IMG/VR virus record: IMGVR_UViG_3300037296_000055
Coordinates: 1-64,000 of that record
Length of the DNA: 64,000 nt
Source: a virus
Direction: 5' to 3' (one strand)
Every line of letters begins with the position of its first letter. Positions within the stretch are counted from its first letter, which is position 1. Position numbers and translations under genes: made by a program. Under the pieces are notes generated by a model. The model was not told the DNA's origin, did no database searches, and was given only the letters and a program-made list of their open reading frames with translations. Shown piece by piece: positions 18,510 through 26,286 of the stretch.

Positions 18510-18769
18510 CACAACAACCCCTGATGTTTGAGTTCCGCGTACCACGCAGGCTCTTGATAGCGCAGCTTATAGCGCCACATGATGCCGAACGAGGGCCGCT
18601 GAAGGAACCACCAATCAGAGTGGTCGTCGTACACCGACATCGCGTTACCGATGGCGGCGATGGGAGAGGAGGTTATTGGCGACCCCTCCCAAAAGCCCGA
18701 AAGGATAAGACCGGGTCCTGAGTTCAAAGCCAGGAACCGATAGTTATCGATCCAGATCTGTGCCATCAC
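18509..18769 (-). CDS. hypothetical early protein (paralog family A)
   Basis: Tiles in operon. Confidence 0.6.
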   Translation of the reverse strand: MMAQIWIDNYRFLALNSGPGLILSGFWEGSPITSSPIAAIGNAMSVYDDHSDWWFLQRPSFGIMWRYKLRYQEPAWYAELKHQGLL

Positions 18770-19164
18770 TCGATACCAAGCAACAGTTTCTTCAGGACCA
18801 TCAGGTCGCCATGAGCAACCTCAGAGTCCAGATCCGACACACGGTCAACGAGCTCGGCATGCTCCTTGGCCCAGGCCGTTTCAACAAAGTAGATGTCACC
18901 ACCCTCGTTGGTTGTTCCGACGAAGAAATAGATGTAAGTCCCATCCTTCGTGGCACCGCAGTTGTCCAGGACCCACTCATGCGAGTAGTCCGAGTAGAGC
19001 GCCTCGTCCAGCGCTTCCCAGTCTTCAGGACCGTCCAGGATGCACAAGTCGCCCCCCATTGCTGCAGGTAGATCTTCGTTCTGGCCCAGGTCCTCGAAGT
19101 AGCTGGCGACCAGAGCACGGATTGCGAACTCGGGGACTTGCTCAAGTTTGGTGTAACGCTGCAT
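18766..19164 (-). CDS. acidic hypothetical early protein
   Basis: Tiles in operon. Confidence 0.7.
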   Translation of the reverse strand: MQRYTKLEQVPEFAIRALVASYFEDLGQNEDLPAAMGGDLCILDGPEDWEALDEALYSDYSHEWVLDNCGATKDGTYIYFFVGTTNEGGDIYFVETAWAKEHAELVDRVSDLDSEVAHGDLMVLKKLLLGIE

Positions 19165-19166
19165 GA

Positions 19167-19373
19167 TCAGGACTCGACTTTCTGGAAGAACAGGACGTTG
19201 GTCTGGAAGAACTCCAGCGATTGGGTCGTGATGACATAGTTAGTGCCAGGATTGAAGATCTCATCCAGTCGGTCAGAGTCCAGGCGAACCTGGGTCATGC
19301 GGTGGTACGGTGTGACCAGGTCTCCGATAGCGAGCTTGGAGTCTTGGTTCAGTGGTGTCGTCGATCCCATCAT
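19167..19373 (-). CDS. hypothetical early protein
   Basis: AAGGAG RBS. Confidence 0.6.
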   Translation of the reverse strand: MMGSTTPLNQDSKLAIGDLVTPYHRMTQVRLDSDRLDEIFNPGTNYVITTQSLEFFQTNVLFFQKVES

Positions 19374-19524
19374 AGGGCTCCTTCGTTATTGTTGTTGTTG
19401 GCTTCTTCGGCCAGGATTGCTTCCCAACGGCATTTCTTTGTGAACCAGTGGGAGGTATACATCGCTCCTGCCAGGACAAGGACGATGATCGATACGGTAA
19501 GATAAGTCATTGGGAAGTTCCTTA

Positions 19525-19758
19525 TTAGGGGTTAGCGAGCCGCAGCTCGTGAGGGTAGCGGTTGAACAGTTCTTGGCTCCAGCTGGTGGAGTACTGTCCG
19601 ACCTTGTTGCCTTTGTTGGAGCCAGACATCAGGCAGACGCCATGGCGACGTTCGTGGAACAAAACCACTAAACCATTCTCCGGAATGTAGCCCAGCCACG
19701 GGTACTTGATAGGTTCTGGTAGAGGCGGGTCTCGCAGGATACGGGTGATCATGATCAT
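19525..19758 (-). CDS. hypothetical early protein (paralog family B)
   Basis: GGAGG RBS; YPWL...ELRLAN. Confidence 0.65.
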   Translation of the reverse strand: MIMITRILRDPPLPEPIKYPWLGYIPENGLVVLFHERRHGVCLMSGSNKGNKVGQYSTSWSQELFNRYPHELRLANP

Positions 19759-19829
19759 ACGCCTGCCTCCTTCAATTGTAGCTGATGTCCTTGTGGCATC
19801 GGCATCTCCTTTTTTTTTTTCCTTTAGAG

Positions 19830-20072
19830 TTACGTACGAACGTTGCTCATGGTCACAACGTCATCGGTCAGGTCCCAGTACTGGTGCTGGAGAGTCTTGA
19901 TCACCGTCCCTACCTCCTGGCAGGTAGCGCTGACACCTTGGGCCACAACAACATACTCGCCGTTGTTGGTGGCCATGACCACAGTCTCATGCTTACGATG
20001 CCGCATCAGATACGGACGCTTTGGGACCTTGCCTGTGGGGGCGGGGGGTAGGCTTGTGCTCACTATAGGCAT
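19830..20072 (-). CDS. hypothetical early protein (paralog family B)
   Basis: RPYLM...VTMSN. Confidence 0.6.
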   Translation of the reverse strand: MPIVSTSLPPAPTGKVPKRPYLMRHRKHETVVMATNNGEYVVVAQGVSATCQEVGTVIKTLQHQYWDLTDDVVTMSNVRT

Positions 20073-20073
20073 C

Positions 20074-20409
20074 TCAGATCCCCACATTCACGATCACACG
20101 GACACACTGCTCAGGGTTGCCCTCGAACAGACGATCGATCAGTGTGGCCTCACCGGTCCAGCAGAGGTTCTGCCAGAACTGAAGTGGTTCCTTCGTCCCT
20201 TTCGGGGTGAAGACGAGACCCAGCATGAACTCTTCAGGCTCAACACACTCGATCGTGTGCGTGGTGCTGGTGAACGGAACAAAGTCATCACAGCTCAGGG
20301 GGGCCGGGGCCTCAAAGTTTGAGAAGGACACCTCAGGGACAGTACCAGCGTCAAGACCTGGAAGTACGGTCATCACGAACATGATAGTGCTAAGTGTTGT
20401 GGACATCAT
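20074..20409 (-). CDS. hypothetical, possibly secreted protein
   Basis: AAGGAGG RBS; hydrophobic N-terminus, 4 Cys. Confidence 0.6.
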   Translation of the reverse strand: MMSTTLSTIMFVMTVLPGLDAGTVPEVSFSNFEAPAPLSCDDFVPFTSTTHTIECVEPEEFMLGLVFTPKGTKEPLQFWQNLCWTGEATLIDRLFEGNPEQCVRVIVNVGI

Positions 20410-20692
20410 AGTCCTCCTTGAATTTGGCCCTGTCTTTGTAAGGGCCATTGATGGGTATGGAACCGGTGAACTTGAGCATCAACGGGAAGTTGTACTCAGA
20501 GTGCAGCCAGCAGTGATGCTTCTCCGACCAGGTTCCGTAGAACGTGTGGCCGTGGAAGTCGAGGTGCATTGGGCCCCAGTGACGTGGGATCCAAGCATTT
20601 TCATAGTTGTACTCAGCGAGTTTTTTCTCGGAGACAACGTGGTGGAAGAGCCAAGCTTTACGCTTGACCCAGGACCAGAGTGAACCGGTCAT
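20390..20692 (-). CDS. hypothetical early protein
   Basis: Tiles in operon. Confidence 0.55.
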   Translation of the reverse strand: MTGSLWSWVKRKAWLFHHVVSEKKLAEYNYENAWIPRHWGPMHLDFHGHTFYGTWSEKHHCWLHSEYNFPLMLKFTGSIPINGPYKDRAKFKEDYDVHNT

Positions 20693-21294
20693 CCAGCCAT
20701 CGATCCTAACAGGAGCGTGGTATCCTCAGCCTTGACCCTTGCCTCAAGGACCTGAGGGTCTTCTGCCTTCCGTACCAGCACACACCAGTCTTCCGGCGCG
20801 TGGAGCAGGATGGTCTTGCTCGCGTCTTCACGATAGAGACCTGCCTTCTCATCCCAGCTTGCGCTGATCGAGCGACCGTCAGGCATTTCCACCATGATCT
20901 CCGGGAACTTGTGCTTGCAGAAGCGATCCCAGGAGCCCTGGATATCAAGGCCAAGATCATCGTCCACACCCAGCAGCCGTTCATCCCGGACACTTGGCTT
21001 TGCGGAGATGTCGACCCAGCGGTTAGGGACTAGGCCAACAAGGTGGTGAGGGTGGTTTGCGAAGCGATACGCATTCCAGGTGTTGTCCCACTCAAGCACG
21101 TGGGGCTCGCCACTCCCTGGGAACTGAACAACCACACGACGACACTTCCTTCCACAGAAGTTCATCCAGGCCAGGTCAGTGTCCACAGCGTCTTCAGCGA
21201 GCTGAGCTTCAGCAAGCTTCTGCAGGGTCTTACGACCGAACACGACAGACAGTAGCAAGAGGGAGAATAGTAGGGGGAAGAAACCATTGTTCAT
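20689..21294 (-). CDS. membrane-anchored early protein with two internal repeats (family C)
   Basis: N-terminal TM; WMNFCGRK and WDRFCKHKFP repeats. Confidence 0.7.
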   Translation of the reverse strand: MNNGFFPLLFSLLLLSVVFGRKTLQKLAEAQLAEDAVDTDLAWMNFCGRKCRRVVVQFPGSGEPHVLEWDNTWNAYRFANHPHHLVGLVPNRWVDISAKPSVRDERLLGVDDDLGLDIQGSWDRFCKHKFPEIMVEMPDGRSISASWDEKAGLYREDASKTILLHAPEDWCVLVRKAEDPQVLEARVKAEDTTLLLGSMAG

Positions 21295-21328
21295 CACAGA
21301 ACTCCTTATGGTAGGTTGGGTTGGGTTG

Positions 21329-21649
21329 TTATACGTTAGCCGCAGCTTCACCGATCAGGTGGTAGGTCAGGTTAGCGGCACCGGGATAAGCCTCACGGGC
21401 CAGCTCTTCTGACGTGTAGAGGACCGTGCTGTAGACGTTGCTGCCCCGCATGATGATCCAGCTCTCCTTGACCTCGGTGTCGCTGACGGAAGTCGCCACT
21501 GCTAGAGAACGGAACTCGCCAGGAGTTCGCTCAGACTCCTTGACCAACCGGCCAGAGGTCTGAGAAATCATGATCCGGCGACCACTGTTCATGGTGTGGA
21601 TCACGTCGAAATTGGCGATGTAGCCGCCGGTGCTTCTGAGCTTAACCAT
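21329..21649 (-). CDS. hypothetical early protein
   Basis: Start MVKLRS. Confidence 0.55.
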   Translation of the reverse strand: MVKLRSTGGYIANFDVIHTMNSGRRIMISQTSGRLVKESERTPGEFRSLAVATSVSDTEVKESWIIMRGSNVYSTVLYTSEELAREAYPGAANLTYHLIGEAAANV

Positions 21650-22058
21650 TGTCAGACACCGGAACATCAGTGGTGGAGCCCTTGAAGTCGACATCAGGGA
21701 TGACCGACTGCGGACGGAACACGACCTTGTAGTGGTACTCGGACACGTCGATAGCATCGATCTGTTCGGCAAAGTAGGTCACGTTGTCAGAGAGACCCAG
21801 GTAGTGTTTCTTGTACTCGTCAGGGCCGACCTTGCAGGTGACCTTCAGGCTGGTGCCGATGTCCAGAGAGCACTTACCCTCGACCACCAGGATGTACGAG
21901 TCGGTGATACCGTTGTAGAACACGATACGCCGTTCAACACCGAAGTTCGATGCGGACTGCGACAGGTTGCGTGAGGCCACTGAGGCAGCATCATCACAGG
22001 CGACCAGAGCGGCCAGAGCGAGCAGGGCAATGCCTGCGTTACGAAGGATCTTCTTCAT
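21642..22058 (-). CDS. conserved phage lipoprotein
   Basis: Signal peptide with lipobox LVAC; RRIVFYNGIT...KKHYLGLSDNVTYFAEQ...YHYKV. Confidence 0.85.
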   Translation of the reverse strand: MKKILRNAGIALLALAALVACDDAASVASRNLSQSASNFGVERRIVFYNGITDSYILVVEGKCSLDIGTSLKVTCKVGPDEYKKHYLGLSDNVTYFAEQIDAIDVSEYHYKVVFRPQSVIPDVDFKGSTTDVPVSDNG

Positions 22059-22432
22059 TTGTAGGACTCTTTCTTTTCCAGTAGAGCATTGAGCTCTTGT
22101 TGATTTTTAGAAGGTGGTCTCGACACGATATCAAACCCCGATGGGATCTGAACTGCTTCAAAGCGGTATGGAGCCTTCGAGAGGTACCTATGACTGTAGG
22201 AGTCATAACCGTCTAGGCGAGGGACCCACATCCACAGGACAGGGTCACAGGTCTTTGTTTCCCACACAAGCACCAGGGGGTGTTTGCGGGTCTGGAACTT
22301 TGCCCACACTTCTTTACGTGTGCGGTATTCCTCGGCCTTCTTCATCTCCAAGAGTTTATACTTGAAGATCTGCTGTCGGATCCAGAGGAAGACGTACAGG
22401 ATGATCAGCAGTGTCCACAGAGCAGCTTCCAT
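22055..22432 (-). CDS. membrane-anchored early protein (family C)
   Basis: N-terminal TM; WAKFQTRKHP. Confidence 0.65.
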   Translation of the reverse strand: MEAALWTLLIILYVFLWIRQQIFKYKLLEMKKAEEYRTRKEVWAKFQTRKHPLVLVWETKTCDPVLWMWVPRLDGYDSYSHRYLSKAPYRFEAVQIPSGFDIVSRPPSKNQQELNALLEKKESYK

Positions 22433-22433
22433 C

Positions 22434-22784
22434 TTACAGGTTACCTCCACGGATGTTGAGCCAGCTCGGAAGTGGGATGTGCTCCCAACGGTAGGGCACC
22501 CGTGTTAGGGCATGGCCGTCGTAGTCCTGGTAGTTGCCGATGGCCACGTTCCAGTAGTAGTGCTCGGGATCAGAAGCCCCGTAGAGCCTGATCTCGATGA
22601 TCGGATGACGGTGCTTACAAAACGTCTTCCAGTTGGCAGCACGTTCTTCGTCCCTCCGTACCTCCGCCCGACGCTCTTCAGCCTCGGACAGTCGGTGTAG
22701 TGTGAGGATGATCCAGAACAACACTGCAAAGAACAGCAGCATCATGGAACCTACCACAAGGTTTATCAGGGTAAGGTCTGTCAT
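22434..22784 (-). CDS. membrane-anchored early protein (family C)
   Basis: N-terminal TM; WKTFCKHRHP. Confidence 0.7.
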   Translation of the reverse strand: MTDLTLINLVVGSMMLLFFAVLFWIILTLHRLSEAEERRAEVRRDEERAANWKTFCKHRHPIIEIRLYGASDPEHYYWNVAIGNYQDYDGHALTRVPYRWEHIPLPSWLNIRGGNL

Positions 22785-22829
22785 CTCACGTTCCTTGTAT
22801 CAAGACTGGTGATGGCGAGTCGCTGGGGC

Positions 22830-23192
22830 TCATGACCCCTTCCCCTCTTTGATGTACCATCCCTCTGTCTGGGACAGTTTGAGGCCAGGGATCCGAATAC
22901 CGGCAATCTCCAACGCGGCAAACTGCTCAGCCCGGAACCGGTTGAACTCCATCCGCTTCTGCAGACGGGGTATCCAGTCAGGAACCAACATCATGGAGAA
23001 GAGGACATCCCCGAACTCCTCGATGATCCGAGCAGTGCCCTCCTGGTTGTCGATTGACTCTCCGAGCTCTCCCAGTTCCTCATCAAGCTTACGACGAGCG
23101 TAGCCTGCCTTACCCAGCCGAGCCTTGCGCTCCTCCTGGGCCTTGCTGAAAGTATAGAGATCCTTGAGGAACTCTTTGTTGAAAGTGTCCAT
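22830..23192 (-). CDS. second MazG-like protein
   Basis: KLDEELGELGESI...IIEEFGDVLF. Confidence 0.75.
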   Translation of the reverse strand: MDTFNKEFLKDLYTFSKAQEERKARLGKAGYARRKLDEELGELGESIDNQEGTARIIEEFGDVLFSMMLVPDWIPRLQKRMEFNRFRAEQFAALEIAGIRIPGLKLSQTEGWYIKEGKGS

Positions 23193-23301
23193 AGTGGGTT
23201 GTACTCCATCAAAGGTGTGTGTGTGTTAGGTAGTGTGGGGTGAGGGCTTTAGCCTCGTTGTCATCGTGTAACCTCATGGGGTTAGAGTTCTTTGTTGGGT
23301 T

Positions 23302-23346
23302 AGAAGATCATTCTTCTATTATAGATACACCCTTTTCCTCACTTTT
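23302..23346 (-). promoter_or_regulatory. putative early promoter, motif E copy 2
   Basis: Same bipartite motif, intergenic. Confidence 0.8.
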
Positions 23347-23351
23347 CTGGG

Positions 23352-23588
23352 CTATTTCCGGGAGTTCCGCAGGACCACCTTGCCGAAGTAGTTCCGCCAG
23401 TGTGGGCCCTCAGCATCCTCCCGCTTGTAGTGGTTGAAGACCTTAGGGAGCGTCAGAGCCTCCGCAGGGGACACCCAGAGCACGAGTCCTGACAGCTTGT
23501 TGAACATGTGCAAGATGCTACCGTCCGGGGTCACCTTGAGGCAGGGGTAAGGTGTTAGGCTGACCTTCAGCTTGACCTTGACGCTCAT
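23352..23588 (-). CDS. hypothetical early protein (paralog family B)
   Basis: YPCL...VVLRN. Confidence 0.6.
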   Translation of the reverse strand: MSVKVKLKVSLTPYPCLKVTPDGSILHMFNKLSGLVLWVSPAEALTLPKVFNHYKREDAEGPHWRNYFGKVVLRNSRK

Positions 23589-23932
23589 CCCAGGAACCTC
23601 CCCAGAATGGTCACATGACGGAGTTCGATCTTTTCGATCGTGTGGACCCCCTCTTGCCCGTGAGGTACTAGGTCGGAGAAGATGTCCAACTCCTCCTCGG
23701 TCAGGGTGGGATACACACTCTCACGGGTCTCACCACCACGGAAGTGGCCCCAGTTGTACAGGTGTGGTTGGTTTACGGAACGCTCCCGGATCAGGTCTGA
23801 GACCTTTTGCACGAGGGCAAGAGTCTCCAGTCCCTCCTTGTTGTCCGGTATCACGGTCTCCTGGGTCACGTAGTCCGCATCGTTCTCGTCGGCTTTCACC
23901 AGAAGGAAAGTCTGTGTTGTCTTGTCGCTCAT
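23585..23932 (-). CDS. hypothetical early protein
   Basis: Start MSDKTT after GGAG; ADENDADYV. Confidence 0.7.
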   Translation of the reverse strand: MSDKTTQTFLLVKADENDADYVTQETVIPDNKEGLETLALVQKVSDLIRERSVNQPHLYNWGHFRGGETRESVYPTLTEEELDIFSDLVPHGQEGVHTIEKIELRHVTILGRFLG

Positions 23933-24270
23933 GTTGTGGGGTTCTCCGTGGTTGTGGGGGTGGGGGTGGACCTGGCGCCGGTGCTGTACCAGGCCCAGGC
24001 CGTAGCAGCGTCCTCGAAAGAAATGGCCGACTCCGGACACTGCCGTAGCCCGTGGGCCTTCTTGAACAGGAGCAGGAGGTAGGCCAACTGTTGGAACTGC
24101 TGGAGGGTATTGACCTCACCGTGCAGGAACAGGTTGATGTGGTTCTCAGGATCGCCCTCGGCAGGTACGAGGGGCTCGCGGGTGTAGGCGTAGTAGCCTC
24201 CCCCGAACAGACCGCCCTGGTCGAAGTAGAGGAACAAACGTCGTGGTGTGTCTTGGCTGATGCTGGTCAT
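23929..24270 (-). CDS. hypothetical protein, first gene of the early arm
   Basis: GGAG RBS directly downstream of motif E copy 3. Confidence 0.65.
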   Translation of the reverse strand: MTSISQDTPRRLFLYFDQGGLFGGGYYAYTREPLVPAEGDPENHINLFLHGEVNTLQQFQQLAYLLLLFKKAHGLRQCPESAISFEDAATAWAWYSTGARSTPTPTTTENPTT

Positions 24271-24312
24271 GGTGTAGGTTACTCCATCAAAGGTGTTGTT
24301 GTTGTTGTGGTC

Positions 24313-24357
24313 AGAAGATCATTCTTCTATTATAGATACACTAAATTCCTCACTTTT
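24313..24357 (-). promoter_or_regulatory. putative early promoter, motif E copy 3
   Basis: Same bipartite motif at the head of the leftward arm. Confidence 0.8.
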
Positions 24358-24368
24358 TACCACGTTTC

Positions 24369-24390
24369 TACCAGGGGACGTTATATGATA
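24369..24390 (+). promoter_or_regulatory. putative late promoter, motif L copy 1
   Basis: TACCAGGGGACGTTATATGATA, identical in 3 copies. Confidence 0.78.
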
Positions 24391-24414
24391 TAGGAGTCCC
24401 AAAACCGGTAGTTT

Positions 24415-24436
24415 TACCAGGGGACGTTATATGATA
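24415..24436 (+). promoter_or_regulatory. putative late promoter, motif L copy 2
   Basis: TACCAGGGGACGTTATATGATA. Confidence 0.78.
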
Positions 24437-24716
24437 AGGGTGCCTCGGTTCCCTCATCGGTGGTCCTGACCATCAAGATAAATCAGGCTCTGTGACCAGA
24501 CTCTTAGGGTAAGGTATCAGAAGAAGTATCTAAGCTCCACGGGGCGAGGGTCTGCCGAGGGTCACCTGAATGACAACTTGGTAAGGCGGGATGACTCAGC
24601 AGAGAGTTGTCCGAGGGAAGTAATGTCAGGTCTACTGTTACCCCGGTCCCCCTCCTTTATGATACTTCTTCTGATGCTTTACCCAGTAGAGAGGGTCATA
24701 TAGGATGTCCGAGGCT
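24437..24716 (+). ncRNA. candidate rod-like structured RNA or late 5' leader
   Basis: 24-bp stem 24507-24530/24661-24684 with two G-U pairs, plus nested flanking stems. Confidence 0.5.
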
Positions 24717-24974
24717 TATGAAGTAACCTCCTCATTCATCCTTCATCATCCATTCCTATACTACATCCTTCATCATACATCATCACCACACATAAGGTAA
24801 TACACCCACATGACTTACTCCACATACTTCGCCGGTGCCAACTCTGCTCCAACAGCCAGCGTTGCACCTGATGAACAACAACAACCCAACACCACAACTA
24901 AACAACCTATCACCAGCTACTCCGAGTACTTCGGTGAAGCGGTGAAAACCATGCTGAAATAAGGAAACCTGATC

Positions 24975-25382
24975 ATGGCACGAGGACTCGACGAAAAAGA
25001 CATCGCTAAGGTGACGAAGCAAGAGAAGGGTAAACGGCTCGGAGGTCGTCCCAAAGGGGGCAAGAACCGGTTTAACTGGAACGCTGTACGCCAGATGGAA
25101 GATGCCGGGTTCGACCCCATTGAGAAGATGATGGAGCTCTATCTGATCCTCCATGAAGAGATCGTGGCAGTCCGTGAGCGGGAGGGTAAACTTACCTACA
25201 CCAGCTCCAGTCTTGTCACCTCAGCACGACAGATCCTTGAGACTCTGGCCCAGTATGGCTACCTCAAACGTCGTCCTGATATCGAAGATCCTGAAGCGAT
25301 GGATCCCCTGTCGATCAAGCTTGTGCTGGTCCAGGAACAACCACGGGTGAAGGCTGAGCCTGACCCTAGCACTGAGGAATAA
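24975..25382 (+). CDS. putative terminase small subunit
   Basis: LGGRPKGGKNR motif, size, position upstream of TerL. Confidence 0.75.
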   Translation: MARGLDEKDIAKVTKQEKGKRLGGRPKGGKNRFNWNAVRQMEDAGFDPIEKMMELYLILHEEIVAVREREGKLTYTSSSLVTSARQILETLAQYGYLKRRPDIEDPEAMDPLSIKLVLVQEQPRVKAEPDPSTEE

Positions 25383-25390
25383 TAAGCATA

Positions 25391-25699
25391 ATGACCATCC
25401 GCCTGATGATACGCCAACCTGACTGGGACGAGCAGACGTTCGTTCCCTTCGACTATGATATTGGTGATGAGGACACGGAGACGAAAGCTCTGGAGCTGTT
25501 CCAACAACGTAAGCCAGGACCGCTGGACCGTCGTGTACAGAAAGACTTTTCGAAGCTGTTCCCTGAGGGTCTCTGGGTGGTCAGTGGCATGATCATGGAG
25601 TTTGATGATGACGGTTATCCGTTGTTTGACCATGACGAAGATACGGGTGAGCGGATTATCCCTGACCCTGTAGAAATTCATAAAGGATACTTTCACTGA
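25391..25699 (+). CDS. hypothetical protein
   Basis: GAGG RBS; tiles. Confidence 0.65.
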   Translation: MTIRLMIRQPDWDEQTFVPFDYDIGDEDTETKALELFQQRKPGPLDRRVQKDFSKLFPEGLWVVSGMIMEFDDDGYPLFDHDEDTGERIIPDPVEIHKGYFH

Positions 25700-25851
25700 T
25701 GAGTAGTAGTAATACAACTGTAAATAAATCAGGCACCTACGCCGCTCTTGCTGCGGGCTTCGTGTTCTGTGTGGGCTATGTTGTGGGCAAAATTGCTCAG
25801 GGCATGATCCTTGGCATCGGGGTGGCTATTACCCTGCACCTACTGGGCTAG
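25699..25851 (+). CDS. small membrane protein (50 aa)
   Basis: Manual translation MSSSNTT...AALAAGFVFCVGYVVGKIAQGMILGIGVAITLHLLG; TGATG coupling to the upstream ORF. Confidence 0.55.
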   Translation: MSSSNTTVNKSGTYAALAAGFVFCVGYVVGKIAQGMILGIGVAITLHLLG

Positions 25852-26106
25852 AGCGCCAACCTCTGACACCAGAGGATAGTACCTCCCCCACCACCATCAC
25901 TCCCCCCATCCTCAAGGAGACTTCTACTGCTATGGCACACTCTCATGCACCATTGTACAGTGAAAGCGAGGTGATCCGGTATCTCCAAGTACGTCTCTAA
26001 AGGACACTACTTGGTCAAGGTGCCGAGCCGTTCCTCTAACGTTGATCCGGCACACCCCCACTCGTCTCTACCCCCATCATAACAACCCCCTTGAAAGAAC
26101 CACATC

Positions 26107-26280
26107 ATGTTTAAAGATAACACACCTGTAGAAGAAGTCGTAGTCGCCAAGACCGCCGCTGTTGCACCCAAGCGCTCCAAGGAAGTCCTTGACGCTGTTG
26201 ATGTTGTGACGCGTGAGCTGTCTGACATTCCTGGTGGGGATAACATCTCCAACCACATCCGAGCCTTGCTGGAAGTGTAA
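26107..26280 (+). CDS. hypothetical protein (57 aa)
   Basis: Manual translation MFKDNTPVEE...; ends 6 nt before TerL. Confidence 0.55.
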   Translation: MFKDNTPVEEVVVAKTAAVAPKRSKEVLDAVDVVTRELSDIPGGDNISNHIRALLEV

Positions 26281-26286
26281 CACACC

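Noticed and set aside
19810-19820. T11 homopolymer as a phase-variation switch
   Set aside because: Intergenic, so it shifts no reading frame; its length could be a sequencing artefact
17901-24341. 29-bp palindromic repeat as a CRISPR repeat
   Set aside because: Copies are 1-5 kb apart with whole genes between them, and no cas genes are present; a promoter fits better
25852-26106. Possible tRNA or ncRNA in the gap before TerL
   Set aside because: Only short hairpins and a 22-codon ORF; no cloverleaf or T-loop consensus seen
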